Shown: positions 27,456 to 41,072 of the stretch, piece by piece | Layout of the letters: each line of letters starts with the position of its first letter | Position numbering within the stretch: position 1 is the stretch's first letter | Source of the DNA: Octopus sinensis | Lineage: Eukaryota | Length of the DNA: 64,000 nt | Direction of reading: 5' to 3' | NCBI RefSeq assembly: GCF_006345805.1 | Contig: NC_043001.1 | Span: forward strand, 97,526,001-97,590,000 | Notes under the pieces: model-generated | Database searches by the model: none | What the model saw: only the letters and a program-made list of their open reading frames with translations | What the model was told of the DNA's origin: nothing | Translations under genes and position numbers: made by a program

Positions 27456-27760
27456 GTGGAGGCACGTGGCCTCGCGGTTGGAGCAGTGGATTCGCGGCCG
27501 AGCGATCGCGGGTTCGAATCTCAGACCGGGCGATGTGTGTGTTTATGAGCAAAACACCTTAGCTCCACGCGGCTCCGGCAGAAGGTAATGGCAAACTTCT
27601 GCTGACTGTTTCGCCACAAATTTCTCTCACTCTTTCATCCTGCATCTTGCAGCTCACCTGCGATGGTCCGGCGTCCCGTTCAGGTGGAGTTACCTATACG
27701 CCAAGGAAACCAGGAAGCTGACCCTAATTAGCCAGGCGTAGCTCGAGAAGAAACAAACCT
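27456..27760 (+). mobile_element. tRNA-derived SINE (family C-related)
   Basis: gtggcctcgcggttg A box, gggttcgaatctc B box; 3' part ggcgtcccgttcagg..tacgccaaggaaacc is shared with 35105-35365. Confidence 0.8.
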
Positions 27761-28229
27761 ATTCGATGGAATAAATGAAAGTTTTCCAGGACAATAATTA
27801 GCTGAAAGGACGAGATAAAATTTACCTGTGAAGAAGTGGGTACCGTAGTGGATTTAGTGATGGGAATAACTGCATCACTCATAATAGAGATTATGTTGGG
27901 TAGTTCCTTTATATAGAGAAAGAAATACCCTACGAACAAGTGATAATAGAACACCGTCTGCATTATTCTCGGCACAATACTCATATGAGACGTAAAGTAT
28001 AAGAAATATATCGCAATTAAGTCGGTGTTTGATTTATATTATAAGAAAGCCTAGCTATAAAAATAGAATGAATATTAACAAACCCTGGACGTGGGTTTCA
28101 GATATGATCAATATATTGATGAGTTCTAATGTACAGACGAGGTCGAATACGTTAAACTACATACTAAGAAGTATTCATTTTATTCTGACAGTTATCAAAT
28201 CACGCATCACTTTAAAGTAATATCGACAA

Positions 28230-28586
28230 CTAGCAGTATCGCCCGGCGTTGCTCGAGTTTGTTTCGACCCTTTAGAATTGGAATTTTTGAAAAGTAAACG
28301 TTTTGCATAATGTAGCTTGTTATTCTCTTTAAGTGAACATTGTTCTGGTTGAAATGCACCGAAAAATGGCGACATAGCAGTAAAAAAATCGTAAAAAAAT
28401 AGGGATTTTCATAGAACAAAAGCAACCATGTAAATAATTTTTGGTCTTAACATAGTCCGATTTGAATATTTTGTTCTACGGAAGAAAGAGCAAGCCTTCT
28501 TCTATCATACTTTCAATTTTATTAATTTAGTCGAAGGCTACCAAACCTGCCACACACAGACATCTTCAGCTTTATACATAGAGAGA
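28230..28586 (-). mobile_element. non-autonomous Helitron
   Basis: Minus strand starts A|TCTCTCTATGTATAAAG and ends with the hairpin cgagcaacgccggg, a short spacer, then CTAG|T; inserted in an AT site. Confidence 0.85.
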
Positions 28587-30081
28587 TGTTATGATGGATG
28601 TGTTTTGATCCCTTGAGTGATTTGCCGAAATTTCCGCCGAGACTGATGATTAAGAAACATCACGTATAAATCTGAACACCGCCTTATCCCTCGAGTAATA
28701 ACACAGAAAGAACAAACATAGTTAGTTTCATTGTTCAATGTCTACTCGTTCACATATTGCAGACTGTTTCTACTTTCAAAATTCAAACTAATATCAATGG
28801 AATGATATTCATTCACTCAATTCGGTACATTAGACCACAAGCAAGGACATTTTTGGTTATTCCTAAAATGCCATTAAAAACTACTGAACGAAATATAACC
28901 AAAGATACACTGCCTTTATATCTCAAGTATTTAATGTCCCAAATGATGAACAACGTACACTCACATACACAGTCGATAGGCTCACTAAATCTCCCTATCA
29001 CCATAGCTGATTTATGAATAATAACGTTTGTTGTTTCAAATAAGATAACAAAGTATATGGCAGCAGATAAAAAAAAATCTTTGTGTGATATTTTATTAAT
29101 TTCATTTTTAACGCATATCTAATATTTCAAACCTGTATCGCTATAGAGATAAAAGTGGAGCTTTCTTGCTGGTTTTTTAATCAAGGAATCTATACAAGCG
29201 TTGCAATTGTTAAACAAGTCGTAAAAGTACAGCATTTACAATATTCATTAGAAAATACAAGGATTACTAATTGAACAATTCATTGTAATACGTTATTATT
29301 TATTTCATTCTGTATTTCATTCTCTATTTTGTTCACCCTCACTTTTCGCTTTTTACTTTTCTCGTTGTTTACTATTTGAGAACCATTTCTATTTTCACTA
29401 ATGAATTCCAAATAGGAAGCCATCGAAATATCTTTGAATAAGTTTTGCTCTCTTGATAATTCAACACAGAAACAAATATTATAGGCGCGGGATGACAAAA
29501 TACTTTCGTGTATTTGAACATCCCATTTCCGAAGAGAAATAGGTCTACACGTGTCACACGCACACATACACACACCACACAGATACACAGAGATTCACAC
29601 ACTCACACATACATACATATACACACGCATAGTCACACATACACACACACACAAAAATAAGCTCATATATATGCATGCTTATGCATATTTATATAATGAC
29701 ACACATACGTACGATCGAGCGCGCGAGTGTGTGTCTAACATGTGAACCTACACATTTTAAAATTTCTTTTCTTCCCTTTTTATCCTAATCTCTCCAAGAC
29801 TTTATTCAAGAACTTGAGAACAGACTTTGTTTGGCAGCTTCTACCTTTAATCCATTTCATTCTTCATTGAACCTTAATCTAATAATATGTCAAGCACACT
29901 CCAGACATCCCTGGGGCATTTTATTGATTGTTTTCTAGTTTTATTTGATTTGCTATATGCATAAATATGTTGAAAACAAGCATAGTTGCTGGGCTTTGTA
30001 CTTAAGAGAAAATGTATCAAATATAGGGAGATGTACTTGCATAGCAAATGACCTGATCTGAGATCCTGTTCTGAAACTAAC

Positions 30082-30296
30082 ACAATTGCAGTGTGGAAGG
30101 TGTTTAGAAGCCATTTAAAACACGCAACAATAGTTAGATTCACTTCAAAATTTAAATTTAATTTGTTAAAATATTTTCGTCGCTTTGAGACCGCGATCTG
30201 TTCACTGACAAATTTTAAAGGAAATTTAAATGTTGTGAATCTAACGGTTTTTGTGTGTTTTAAATGGCTTATAAACACCTTCCACTCTGCAATTGT
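30082..30296. repeat. foldback/MITE-like inverted repeat (about 75-bp arms)
   Basis: acaattgcagtgtggaaggtgtttagaagccatttaaaacac.. is inverted at ..gtgttttaaatggcttataaacaccttccactctgcaattgt; hence near-identical peptides in the opposite-strand ORFs. Confidence 0.85.
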
Positions 30297-30444
30297 ATTA
30301 AATATGCTTGTATATATAAGCATGAATGCTTTAAAGTTACACAACATTTAAAAATCATCCTTTAAAAATAGTCTGAAATTATTCAATTATTCAATACCTC
30401 TTGCACGCTGCCTTATCGAGATCAGCCATTAGAGCCCTTTGCAA

Positions 30445-30666
30445 AAGTATTCTTTTCTACTCTGGGAACAAGGACTGAAAGTTTGGGGAAAGGGGACAGT
30501 CGTTTAGATCGACCCGAGTACGCAACTAGTACTTTATTTATTGACCCCGAAAGGTTGAAAGGCAAAGTCGACCTCGTCGGAATTTGAACTCAGAACGTAA
30601 AGGCAGACGGAATACTGCTAAGCAATTTGCCCGGTGTGCTAAGGTTTTTGCCAGCTCACCGCCTTC
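30445..30666 (-). mobile_element. tRNA-derived SINE family B
   Basis: Reverse complement of the family B head and body, with the alternative tail. Confidence 0.85.
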
Positions 30667-30854
30667 CCTTTGCAATATTATTAGTGATTCAGATTGTTCA
30701 ATCTGAATATATACGGTAAAAGAACTAGAGTCGAATAAAGGAAGATACTCGGATTGAAAACTTGCTGACACGAGGAGTGATAGCTAAGTTTCTGTGTCAA
30801 CAACATTGCCTCTTCGAACAGTTTAAACGTAACGTGTGAAGTCACGTTCGATTC

Positions 30855-31400
30855 ATGTTTTTTGAACTGTCACTATCCAAGTTTCTTCCGTCTACAAAGG
30901 CATATCTTAATCTTTACTTGATAGGTAATAATGCATTGTAAGAAGACATATCGTCAGCAACAACTTTATTTATTTGATAATCAGATGTAGCTCATCCAGT
31001 CTACCCGTTATAACTTCAGAAAAACAATCTAACCATCTAGTTCAACAAATACATTCTTTTAAGAAAATATATGAGTGTAATATAAATGCTACGTTGAACC
31101 ATTAACTGCATATCCCAATCACAAATAAAGCAGCTTCTCTGTAGGGGAAAAAGGCACTATATCTGTCTGTTTTCGAAATAGATCCATAATGTATTCTCTT
31201 CATGCTTTGGGTAAGGTGTAAGACTTTCCGTATCACTCAAATGTTTGCTGAATAGAGGTTACTTGTTCCATAACTGCCATCATTCAGGTTTCTAGGAAAC
31301 GTATAGTGCAGGTTATATTTAATTTAATCTTGCGCTAAGCAGAGTTCATGCACATATTTGATGTAAGAGTTTGGAATCCAGACTAGTTGTAAAATAATGT
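30855..31400 (-). mobile_element. very old LINE RT remnant (CR1/L2-like)
   Basis: Frameshift-corrected motifs N*SGFQ, SK(A)FE, VNGST, IKL(F)ADD and *QF in the expected order with about the expected spacing (VNG to FADD about 47 codons). Confidence 0.45.
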
Positions 31401-31789
31401 CAATTGAGTGTCAGAGATTAATTTACATCGGCATACAAGCGAGGTCTTCAACTTCTGATCAGCCAAGCTAAAAGAATAGCGCATAATTTGTAGGATTTCG
31501 TCATAACAAGCGAGGAGTATATTGGATATTGTTTTCATATACGTATTGTACTATCGATGCTTGTGAGAAAATCTATTTGATCACAACTGAGCCAAGGTTA
31601 ATCAACATTTACAGCATATTTTGCTTATCTTGAGGAAAATGCTAAAGTTGTCTCAGTATACTATTAGTTCTACGTATAATTTGCTTTGCAATTAGGTAAA
31701 ATATAATAAATAGCTCCGAAATAAGTCGGATATGAATCTCGTTTATTCTTTTGGTGTAGATATGTATAAGCAATTTCAAAAAATCGTCT

Positions 31790-32062
31790 TTTTATTGTGT
31801 CAGTCATTTGACTGCGCATGGGCTGTCACAGTGCGTTGAAGACGTTTTGGACGAATGAATCGACCCAGTATATTTTTTAAGCCAGCTAATTATTCGTATT
31901 TCGCCTGTCTTTACGTTCCGAGTTCAAATTCCACCGAGGTCGACTTTGCTTTTCATGCTTTCGATGTCGATAAATCAAGTACCAGTTTCATACTGGAGTC
32001 GATCTAATCGAGTGGCTCCCTCCCCCAAAATTCCGGGCCTTGTGTCTAGAGTAAAAAAAGAA
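31790..32062. mobile_element. family-A SINE tail (-) abutting a 5'-truncated family-B SINE (+)
   Basis: cagtcatttgactgcg tail reversed, then gagttcaaattccaccgaggtcgactttgc..tagagtaaaaaaagaata. Confidence 0.75.
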
Positions 32063-33337
32063 TATATAGCATGCTATGTTGTGTATCTAAGAACATGACC
32101 TTTATTTAGAATTGAAATTATATTTGCTCGTTCTTGTGTAATATTTCTGTGCTTGTTCACTTACATCAGATTTATAAGGTACACAGCTGGAACACATGCA
32201 TGTATGAGCACTTAACTCTACATGCATTTTATCTACACAGCTGTTCATTGAGTAAATAACTGTTAGAATTAATTCTAATCAACTCCTTGTTTCATAAAAT
32301 AATCAGAGTTCTAATAATCAATTTGGATAAAGCAGGTATTTAAAACTATATATTATTATATATAATTTATTATTTTGCTCATTCAACAACCATTTTATGT
32401 TTAATTTGAATTTCATTGGCTGGAAAGCGGTTAATTTTTCGGTAATCTTTTTATTTTGATGGGTTGTTTTTATTATTTAGATATCACTTCAATTGTTGAT
32501 GTCATTAAGCCGAATAATGTTACTTCTACTGCATTGTTGGCTTTCCAGGAAATATCAGCAATCCTTTCGAACAGAAGATATCTTGTTAAGAAACGGTCAA
32601 CTGTTATTAAAACTGAAAAGAAAAATCAAAAACAAAAACACATCAATCATTACAAGAAACATTCAAGTTCTCGCACAATATAATATAGCCTATTCAATTA
32701 AATGAAAGATAAATTAAAAAGCAATTTATCATGTTTCATGTGTTGAAACTAAAATATGTCGTATCTTCAATTTCTTCAAAGCAGCTGCTGCCTTCTTTTT
32801 TCATGTTTCCTTTCGTGGAAAAGTTTAATTGAGAACATTCACAAGTATCTTCATGCGTATATATATATATATATTATATATATATATATATATATGTGTG
32901 TGTGCATATTTGTATCGGTTTAAGCATGTGTATATACGCACATGCACACACACCCAAACATAAGGATATAATCATAAAATGATTATGCTAGTGGCTTAGT
33001 GTATAAAAATGACCGCAATTTTTAAGTATATAATTATAAAAATATAATTATAATGAAGCGCTCTGGAATGCCAGCGCCTATGTTAGAAGTAGATGTCAAA
33101 TACCAGCAATCCACTCCAAATGTGTTCACTAGTTATAACCCCAGGTCAAATGCGAGATAATGATCAAGTATATTTACAAAATTTCGGATAATTCTATATC
33201 TGAAAATTTCATATTCTGCAATAAAAATTGCTTTGCAATCCTCAGCAGAATACACCCATAAATGTATAAGCAAGAAATACATATAAATACCAATAAACTC
33301 ACGCATACACACAGGCACACACACACACACACACACA

Positions 33338-33378
<41 letters not shown>

Positions 33379-33384
33379 CACACG

Positions 33385-33423
<39 letters not shown>

Positions 33424-33530
33424 ATACATAAATATATATAGGGAGAATTCACAAGGAAAACAAAAGAGGAACACAGGTGTTGTAGACAACAAACATCTGT
33501 ATTAGTTTAACGCTCGGGAAGTGAAAAAGT

Positions 33531-33566
33531 CTTTAACGCTTCGAGCCTGCGCTCTTCATCAGAAAG
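33531..33566 (-). ncRNA. minimal type I hammerhead motif in a short repeat (about 33440-33615)
   Basis: Minus strand CTTT-CTGATGA-A-GAGC(gcag)GCTC-GAA-GCGT-T-AAAG; canonical apart from A15.1 to G; flanked by (TA)n. Confidence 0.7.
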
Positions 33567-35104
33567 GAACACAGAAATAAGCAAGGAGAGAACATAAATG
33601 GCTAGCGATCTATCATATATTTATAATTATAATTAATTGTGATTACAATAGAGAGCGCGCTGAGTTAATGCAGTAGCCATAGATCAAAATCGTGATCCAA
33701 TTATATCTGATTCTTCATTCTATAGCTTTGATTTGTGATGATTTTGTTAATCTTTACTCACTTCCCCGATTTCTGTTGATCCGTTTTGTATTTCAGTGTA
33801 ATTCCGTCTTTTACTTGAGTATTAAGCCCCTCTTTCTTGACAGTAGGCGCCTCATGTGCCCTGTACTTTAATTATAGTTAATTACAATTATAAATTATAA
33901 ATGTATATACACAGAGACAGATATAGACGTAGAGAGGCAGAGAAAGGAGAGTGATAGAGACAGACAAAGATAGTAACATACCTAGATGGATAAATATACA
34001 GACACATGCACAGATACTATGTATAAAACATAAGGATTCATTAGCGCAAAATTTATTCTGCATTATAGAAGCAACAAGCAACAAAATATGTCCCTCAGAG
34101 GTCTTCAATAGCTGTATGGATAGAGAAATCAACGTGAAGAAGGGTATATTAGGAAACACATGTATAGAAAAATGGATATCTAACGATAGCCTCGGCATTG
34201 CATTATGTGCAAAATATATTAGGAAGAAACCAAGGCGCTCCTTAGATAGCGATCAAAATGCGGCGCGAGAATTAATCATAAATTTCGTCGACAATATCTA
34301 ATTATTTGTGAAGTAAATAAACGTGTAATAATTGGTAAAGCAGATATTACAGCAATAATGACCGCTAAAATGATAATAAGCTTGTCATTTCACAACTGTG
34401 ACTACCTGAAAGTCAAACTGAGATACTTCATAAAGAGTAGTGGACAATTGGAGAAGAACCGCAGTGCTGACTATAGAAACTCATGGAGCTGTTACCAAAT
34501 GATAAAATAAACTATAAATTAAAATGTAAACACCAATATCTCGAATCATTTATCTCTAAATTTGCTCGCGGATTGGACTGATATTAACAGCGCTTTGTGT
34601 ATTCTTCACTTTAATTAAATATACACACAAAGAGCGTTTAAATGAAAACAAATATAAAATTTGTACCATTATTTCGACACAAAGTTCTTTAAACCTTGCA
34701 TGGGCAAACAACATCAGTCCAAAACCGAGGTAGGGAAATTTCACTGTCCGATGTCCAAATTGCTAGGTCAAATGAAATCGAGATCGTACTCACCAACATC
34801 ATATATATAGTTGCATTTCAATCCGTACTATCTTTAGACATATACACCATCCATGAAAGATGAAAACGGCAGTATTTTGGAATATGACGAAGGAATCTAA
34901 GATCGATGGACACAAAATTGTTAACTGTGTACTGATCGACTGTAGTTATTGCCACAAGTGTTTCACACTTTATACTGGTACTCACTTATAAGAGCACCTC
35001 CACTCAGTTTTCAAATCAACACAATATTGCCATTTGTCTATTGTCTCTATGTTTAGTGTCTAAAATAAGAATATCCACTGATATTGTTATAAACACATAT
35101 AATA

Positions 35105-35365
35105 AAATAAAATAAATGCGCCTTTTTTAAAGCATAACCAGGTACATAGACCCGGTTTCCCGGTCTCTATGGCGTATGTGTTACCCAGCTGGACGGGACG
35201 CCAGTCCATGGCAGCATTATTCACTTTTGCTATCTGAGTGGACTGGAGCAACGTGAAATCAAGTGTTTTGCTCAAGAACACAACGCATCACCCGGTCCAG
35301 GAATCGAAACCACAATCTTACGATCATGATGCTGACACCCTAAACACTAAGCCACGTGCCTCCAC
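35105..35365 (-). mobile_element. tRNA-derived SINE with CORE-like domain
   Basis: Reverse complement: gtggcttagtgtttag..gtttcgattcctgg..tgcgttgtgttcttgagcaaaacactt..ggactggcgtcccgtccag. Confidence 0.85.
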
Positions 35366-36934
35366 ATAAAGACATATACAGCAATTTATGTAATTTTGAT
35401 TTGACACCAATATTTACAATTACAGATGTGAAGCTGTAATAGATGAAATTGCATTCTGTATTTCTGGATTTTCAAAAGAATTATAATTATGTGTTTTTAT
35501 AATCTTACTCAGAACTGTTACAATATTCATGATGTGACTACATTATAGGAAAGCAAACTTTTCTCTCATCTGTTAGTGCAAATTACTGCCCAAACTGTCA
35601 GACAAGTTGTCTTTTAAACGATGAAGCTTATTAAATCAGTACCATATGTGTAGAAATACGTTTAGTAAACTTCATACCTATACTTATCTGGAGTCTTCTG
35701 TGTTTTATCAATATTTGGAAGCAAAAATTTACTGTTGTGGAGAGGCATGTTCGAAATTGAATTTTCCAGTCGTCTAGGATGTGTGAATAGCTTCAGAATG
35801 TACTCGAAGACAAATTTAATTTTGTAACTTCGTAATGTATTAGGTATATTCTTTTCTAATTGTTAATTGGTTACGAAACGGTAAAACAGACATATAGCAA
35901 AAATGCGTTGATTCAGCATCACACAATATAAGATTTGGATTTCTGATGATAAGATATCTCTTTACCCAGCGACACGAATATTCACTAAGTCAAAACCGAT
36001 ATAAAAATTAATTTGTCTCTTGAAATGAATCTAAGTCGAAAAAGTGTCCATGATATATGTTGATGTTAATAGAAAATTGACACTATAATGAAAAGTTTTT
36101 CAGTTAGTTATATGACGCTCGATGGGATGATGATATTATATGGTTCAGCTCATCAGATATTACGTCGTATATCATATTGCGCATAATGAGTTTCACATCT
36201 GTTCTGGAATTGGTACAGAGTTTCGGCTCATCCAAATTTCGCAGCAATATAATGAGATCTCTGAGACATAGAAAATAGGAATTGATCAATATTAAGGCTC
36301 TGGAAATATTAATGTTCTGGAAGTATTTTAGGAAATACCACGACTTGAAGGTAGGAGTCTAAGTTATGAAATTCAGTATTTTATATATTTGCTACGACAC
36401 ACTATTATATAGAACGTGTGCTTTCAGGTATAGTGCCTTCGATAATAGCGTAGAAGGCAAAAGATTTTTAGAAGTAGGAATTTTTAGTAAAGAAAATATA
36501 TATATTGCGCATGGTCATGTAATATGGAAGAACCCAATAGTATTAATAGTATTGTGGTTGTTTCCTTCTTAGGGAGATGATTTACTCCATTAACGTTTAT
36601 TCTGCTCATTCGAAACTTATGAAGTCAACGACGTTCTACTTTAGGCTTCATCATTGTTAAATATAAATAAAATTATGAACTGATTAGAAAGCATTTGAAC
36701 ATTATTTAAACTCTATTATCGTTTTACATAGAGCAATTCTGGAGGCCTGTTTGCCGTCATTCAGTTATAAAGGCATAGTTTCCTAAGCTATTATCAACAC
36801 GTTCCAGTCGTACAAGAACACTGACGGAGTTGCTAACGCTGAGATAGACAAGAGCGACAGACTTGTCTTCTTCCAGGAATTATCTAGAGTAAACATTATT
36901 ATCAGCAACATTAGTTGCATGTATCTCTCTTTTG

Positions 36935-37325
36935 TTTTTATTTGTTTCAGCCATTTGACTGCGGCCATGCTGGAGCACTGCCTTTATAGTCGAGCAAATC
37001 GACCTCATAGCTTATTCTTTGTAAGCCTAGTACTTATTCTATCGGTCTCTTTTGCCGAACCGCTAAGTTACGGGGACGTAAACACACCAGCATCGGTTGT
37101 CAAGCGATGTTGAGGGAGAAACACAAACACACAAGCATATATACACTTACATATATAAATATATACGACGGGCTTCTTTCAGTTTCCCTCTACCAAATCT
37201 ACTCACAAGGGTTTGGTCGGCGCGAGGCTACAGTAGAAGACACTTGCCCAAGGTCCCACGCAGTGGGACTGAACCCGGGACAATGTGGTTGGTAAGCAAG
37301 CTCCTTGCCACACAGCCACTCCTGC
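36935..37325 (-). mobile_element. full-length family-A SINE
   Basis: Reverse complement colinear with 40668-41072 throughout. Confidence 0.9.
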
Positions 37326-37941
37326 GCTATCGGAAAAAGTTATTGAATACACGGCAGCCTGTTTTATCATCTCTAAATATACTGGACCTTTGAGGAATTA
37401 AAATGTGTTAAGTAGTTCTGGAAATACTTTCAATGTAATTTTTAATCAATTGGTCGATGTTAAAATGCGTTAGTTATTTAAAACGTCCATATTATTAAAG
37501 CGCTAATTTGCTGGTGTTTTTTATCGTTAATTGCTTGGCTTCTATGCGTAAATTATTTTCTGGTCTCTTAATCCTAGATATGTGGCATGCGGATATTGCA
37601 TCTAGAATGTGTGATTTCATTTAATCTTATGTGTGCATTTATGTTGATATGTGCGCGCGTGTGTGTGGTTATTTCGGTGTTACAGTAAATAACATTAACA
37701 CGTTATCCAATACAACTTCTGGTCGAGACGTTCGTGAAACGTCATAGGAGCTCATTACATAATACCCAATACATGTCATTTATAAATCCCTTTAATTATC
37801 AAGCATATTATAGAGCAGATTCAGAGAAGTTTCACTTGTCTAATTTGATGCATCAGTTGGAAGAACGAGGTCTCAAATATATTACTTTGGCCTTCAAACG
37901 TATCACCATGATTATATATCCCTCTTACACATAATATATAT

Positions 37942-38165
37942 TTCTTTATGGCTCACAAGGGGCTAAACATAGAGGGGACAAACAAGGACAGACAAACGGA
38001 TTAAGTCGATTATATCGACCCCAGTTTGTAACGAGTACTTATTTAATCGACCCCGAAAGGATGAAAGGCAAAGTCGACCTCGGCGGAATTTGAACTCAGA
38101 ACGTAACGAAATACCGCTAATCATTTCGCCCGGCGCGCTAACGAGTCTGCCAGCTCGCCGCCTTC
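37942..38165 (-). mobile_element. family-B SINE with degenerate target-site duplication
   Basis: Full head to tail; cctct..tacac/tata..atatatttc-like sequence on both sides. Confidence 0.9.
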
Positions 38166-39282
38166 CTCTTCTTACATATGATATATTTCATGAGTTTTCT
38201 AGAATGTGGTTTATTAAAAAATAAAACACTACAAACGCGTATTAAATTATCTAATTTTAGAAACGTTAATAAATAACGTTTGAGTATGGCTGGAGGTTAT
38301 TTTTTGATTGCTTTGTTCTACGATGATTGATCTGTATATAAAAAAAACAACAGCCTCTTGATTCTGATCTATGTAAAATGTAGATTTCTCCTTCTTTTAT
38401 AGCGTTGACAATAGCTATGTCAGTTTCTTCACATGCTGCTCAGAAACCTATTCGTCCAGGCGCAATAATCCTAAGTAAGATTATCCCATAAGTATATGCG
38501 TCAAGTTCAGCTCCACGCAAAAGAAATAACAATAAATATCTTAACATTTTGCATTATTCTTTGTGACTGCGCTCTCAATGCCTATAAAATGAAGTTATTA
38601 GTGTTTTTCTTCTATGTGATGTTTAATATTAGTAATGCATTACATATATGTATCATCTGCTACATATCATATTCGCTCTGTCTGCATTGTTCATACACAC
38701 ACAGGCACACTCATATGAATGTATGTATTTATGCATGCACCAGTTTGAAGAACAAGATTTCAAATATATTACTTTGACCTTCGAATGTATCATCACAATT
38801 ATATATCTCTCATACATATGGTATATTTCATCCGTTTTCTAGGATTTGGGGTCTTACAACCACGCTTACTATCCAACAGAGTGCGCACATTCCAACGTAA
38901 AATTTTCAAGTTCTATTCAGATTTTTAAAAACAAAAGTCTCTTTGATTTTCGAGCGCAGCGTCAACATCCGTCAATCGCGCTAAACGGACCGGATATAGG
39001 AAGAAAGGCAATTTTCGTTCACCTTTTCTAGAACCTCCCCGGCCTCCGGGATAAAACCAAATCCTATCGCTGTTTTGAGCGACAAGGAAATGACATTATA
39101 TCTAGCATAGGACGCTTTCGTGTAGGTTGCTGACTACATGCTTTCAACCCATCAGTTTCGCACGCTTCGCTACCTTCCCATCGCCGCAGGACTTTCGAAT
39201 AAAAATAAAATATGTACTATAAATAAATATATTATAAAAATAAATGAATATATGTTAAAAATAAATATATATATACACTCTA

Positions 39283-39676
39283 TTCTATTCTAGGCACAAG
39301 GCCCGAAATTTTGTGGGAGGGCGCCAGTCAATTAGATAGACCCCAGTACGCAACTGGTACTAACTTTATCAACCCAGAAAAATGAAAGGCGAAATCGACC
39401 TCGGCGGAGTTTGAACTCAGAACGTAAAGACAGATGAAATACCTATTTCTTTACTACCCACAAGGGGCTAAACACAGAGGGGACAAACAAGGACAGACAA
39501 ACGGATTAAATCGATTATATCGATCCCAGTGCGTAACTGGTACTTATTTAATCGACCCCGAAAGGATGAAAGGCAAAGTCGACTTCGGCGGAATTTGAAC
39601 TCAGAACGTAATGGCAGACGAAATACTGCTAAGCATTTCGCCCAGCGTGCTAACTTTTCTGCCAGCTCGCCGCCTT
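39283..39676 (-). mobile_element. dimeric family-B SINE (full monomer plus truncated second monomer with a different tail)
   Basis: The B-box body occurs twice (about 39400-39425 and 39580-39610), with two distinct tails. Confidence 0.85.
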
Positions 39677-39717
39677 AATATACGTCTATAAGAAAATACA
39701 TATATTTACAATATGCA

Positions 39718-40092
39718 TATATGGCCCAATGGTTAGGGCAGCGGACTCGCGGTCGTAGGATCGCGGTTTCGATTCCCAGACCGGGCGTTGTGAGTGTTTA
39801 TTGAGCGAAAACACTTAAAGCTCCACGATCTCCGGCAAGGGATGGTGGTGATCCCTGCTGTACTCTTTCACCACAACTTTCTCTCACTCTTACTTCCTGT
39901 TTCTGTTGTACCTGTATTTCAAAAGGCCGGTCTTGTCACTCTCTGTGTTACGCTGAATATCCCCGAGAACTACGTTAAGGGTGCACGTGTCTGTGGAGTG
40001 CTCAGCCACTTACACGTTAATTTCACGAGCAGGCTGTTCCGTTGATCGGATCAACCGGAACCCTCGTCGTCGTAACCGACGGAGTGCTTCCA
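39718..40092 (+). mobile_element. full-length family-C SINE
   Basis: tggcccaatggttagg A box, ggtttcgattcccag B box; colinear with 3018-3362. Confidence 0.9.
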
Positions 40093-40667
40093 AATGTCCA
40101 CAGTTAAACTTCTCGTGAAAAAGAATTAACATGGAATTTAGTAAGCTAAGAGGTAAAGTTCTGGAGCACGTTTCGAAGCTGATTACTCAATAAAGTGAAT
40201 AATCTTCCCGATTTGTATACAACATATACATTGAAACTCATTCTCAGATAGGCTTAGTTTAGCTTGTGAGAGTTAACATAAAACACTGGAATTAGTAGTA
40301 AAAATTATGACTTTCCAAGTATTACTTTACTATCAAAAGCATTTCATACATATTCGTTCAACCTGCGGCTAAGTTAGAACAAAGAAAATACAGAGAAACA
40401 GCCTTTAGCCATCACAGGACTTCATTTCAGAAACAAGTCCTTCAACAATGAGGATCTAAGCCTGCATTTGTATATCCGTACACACACACACACACACACA
40501 CACACAACTTCTCACTCACTCCTATATATCCACATATATACATGCACGTATACAGTAATTAGTCAGATGGCATGTGCTTCAATGTTCGCAGTGGCTGAAT
40601 TAATCTCGCTGCAGCAAGGTACCAGATTCTCCAATTTCGTGCAGAAATTTTATATTCCAATCGAGAC

Positions 40668-41072
40668 GTAGGAGTGGCTGTGTGGAAAGTAACTTGCTTA
40701 TCAACTACATGGTTCCGGGTTCAGTCCCACTGCGTGGCACCTTGGGCAAGTGTCTTCTACTATAACCGCGGGTCGACCAAACCCTTGTGAATGGATTTGG
40801 TAGACAGAAACTGAAAGAAGCCCGTCGTATATATATATGTGTGTTTGTGTGTGTGTGTGTATGTTTGTGTCTCTGTGTTTGTCCCCCAACTTCATTTGAC
40901 AACCGATGCTTGTGTGTTTACGTCCCTGTAACTTAGCGGTTCGGTAAAAGAGACCGATACAATTAAGTACTAGGCTTACAAAGAATAAGTCTTGGGGTCG
41001 ATTTGCTCGACTGTAGGCAGTGCTCCTGCATGGCCACAGTCAAATGACTGAAGCAAGTAAAAGAGAGTAAAG
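40668..41072 (+). mobile_element. full-length family-A SINE
   Basis: tggctgtgtggaaag A-box-like, gggttcagtccc B-box-like, CORE-like ccttgggcaagtgtctt, internal (TA)/(GT), structured tail. Confidence 0.9.

Noticed and set aside
28645-28675. ctgatga-ttaa-gaaa, hammerhead-like core
   Set aside because: No stem II, stem I or NUH pairing.
32456-34301. Non-repetitive ORFs 32456..32683 and 33951..34301
   Set aside because: No recognisable domain or convincing paired splice sites; lengths are plausible by chance.
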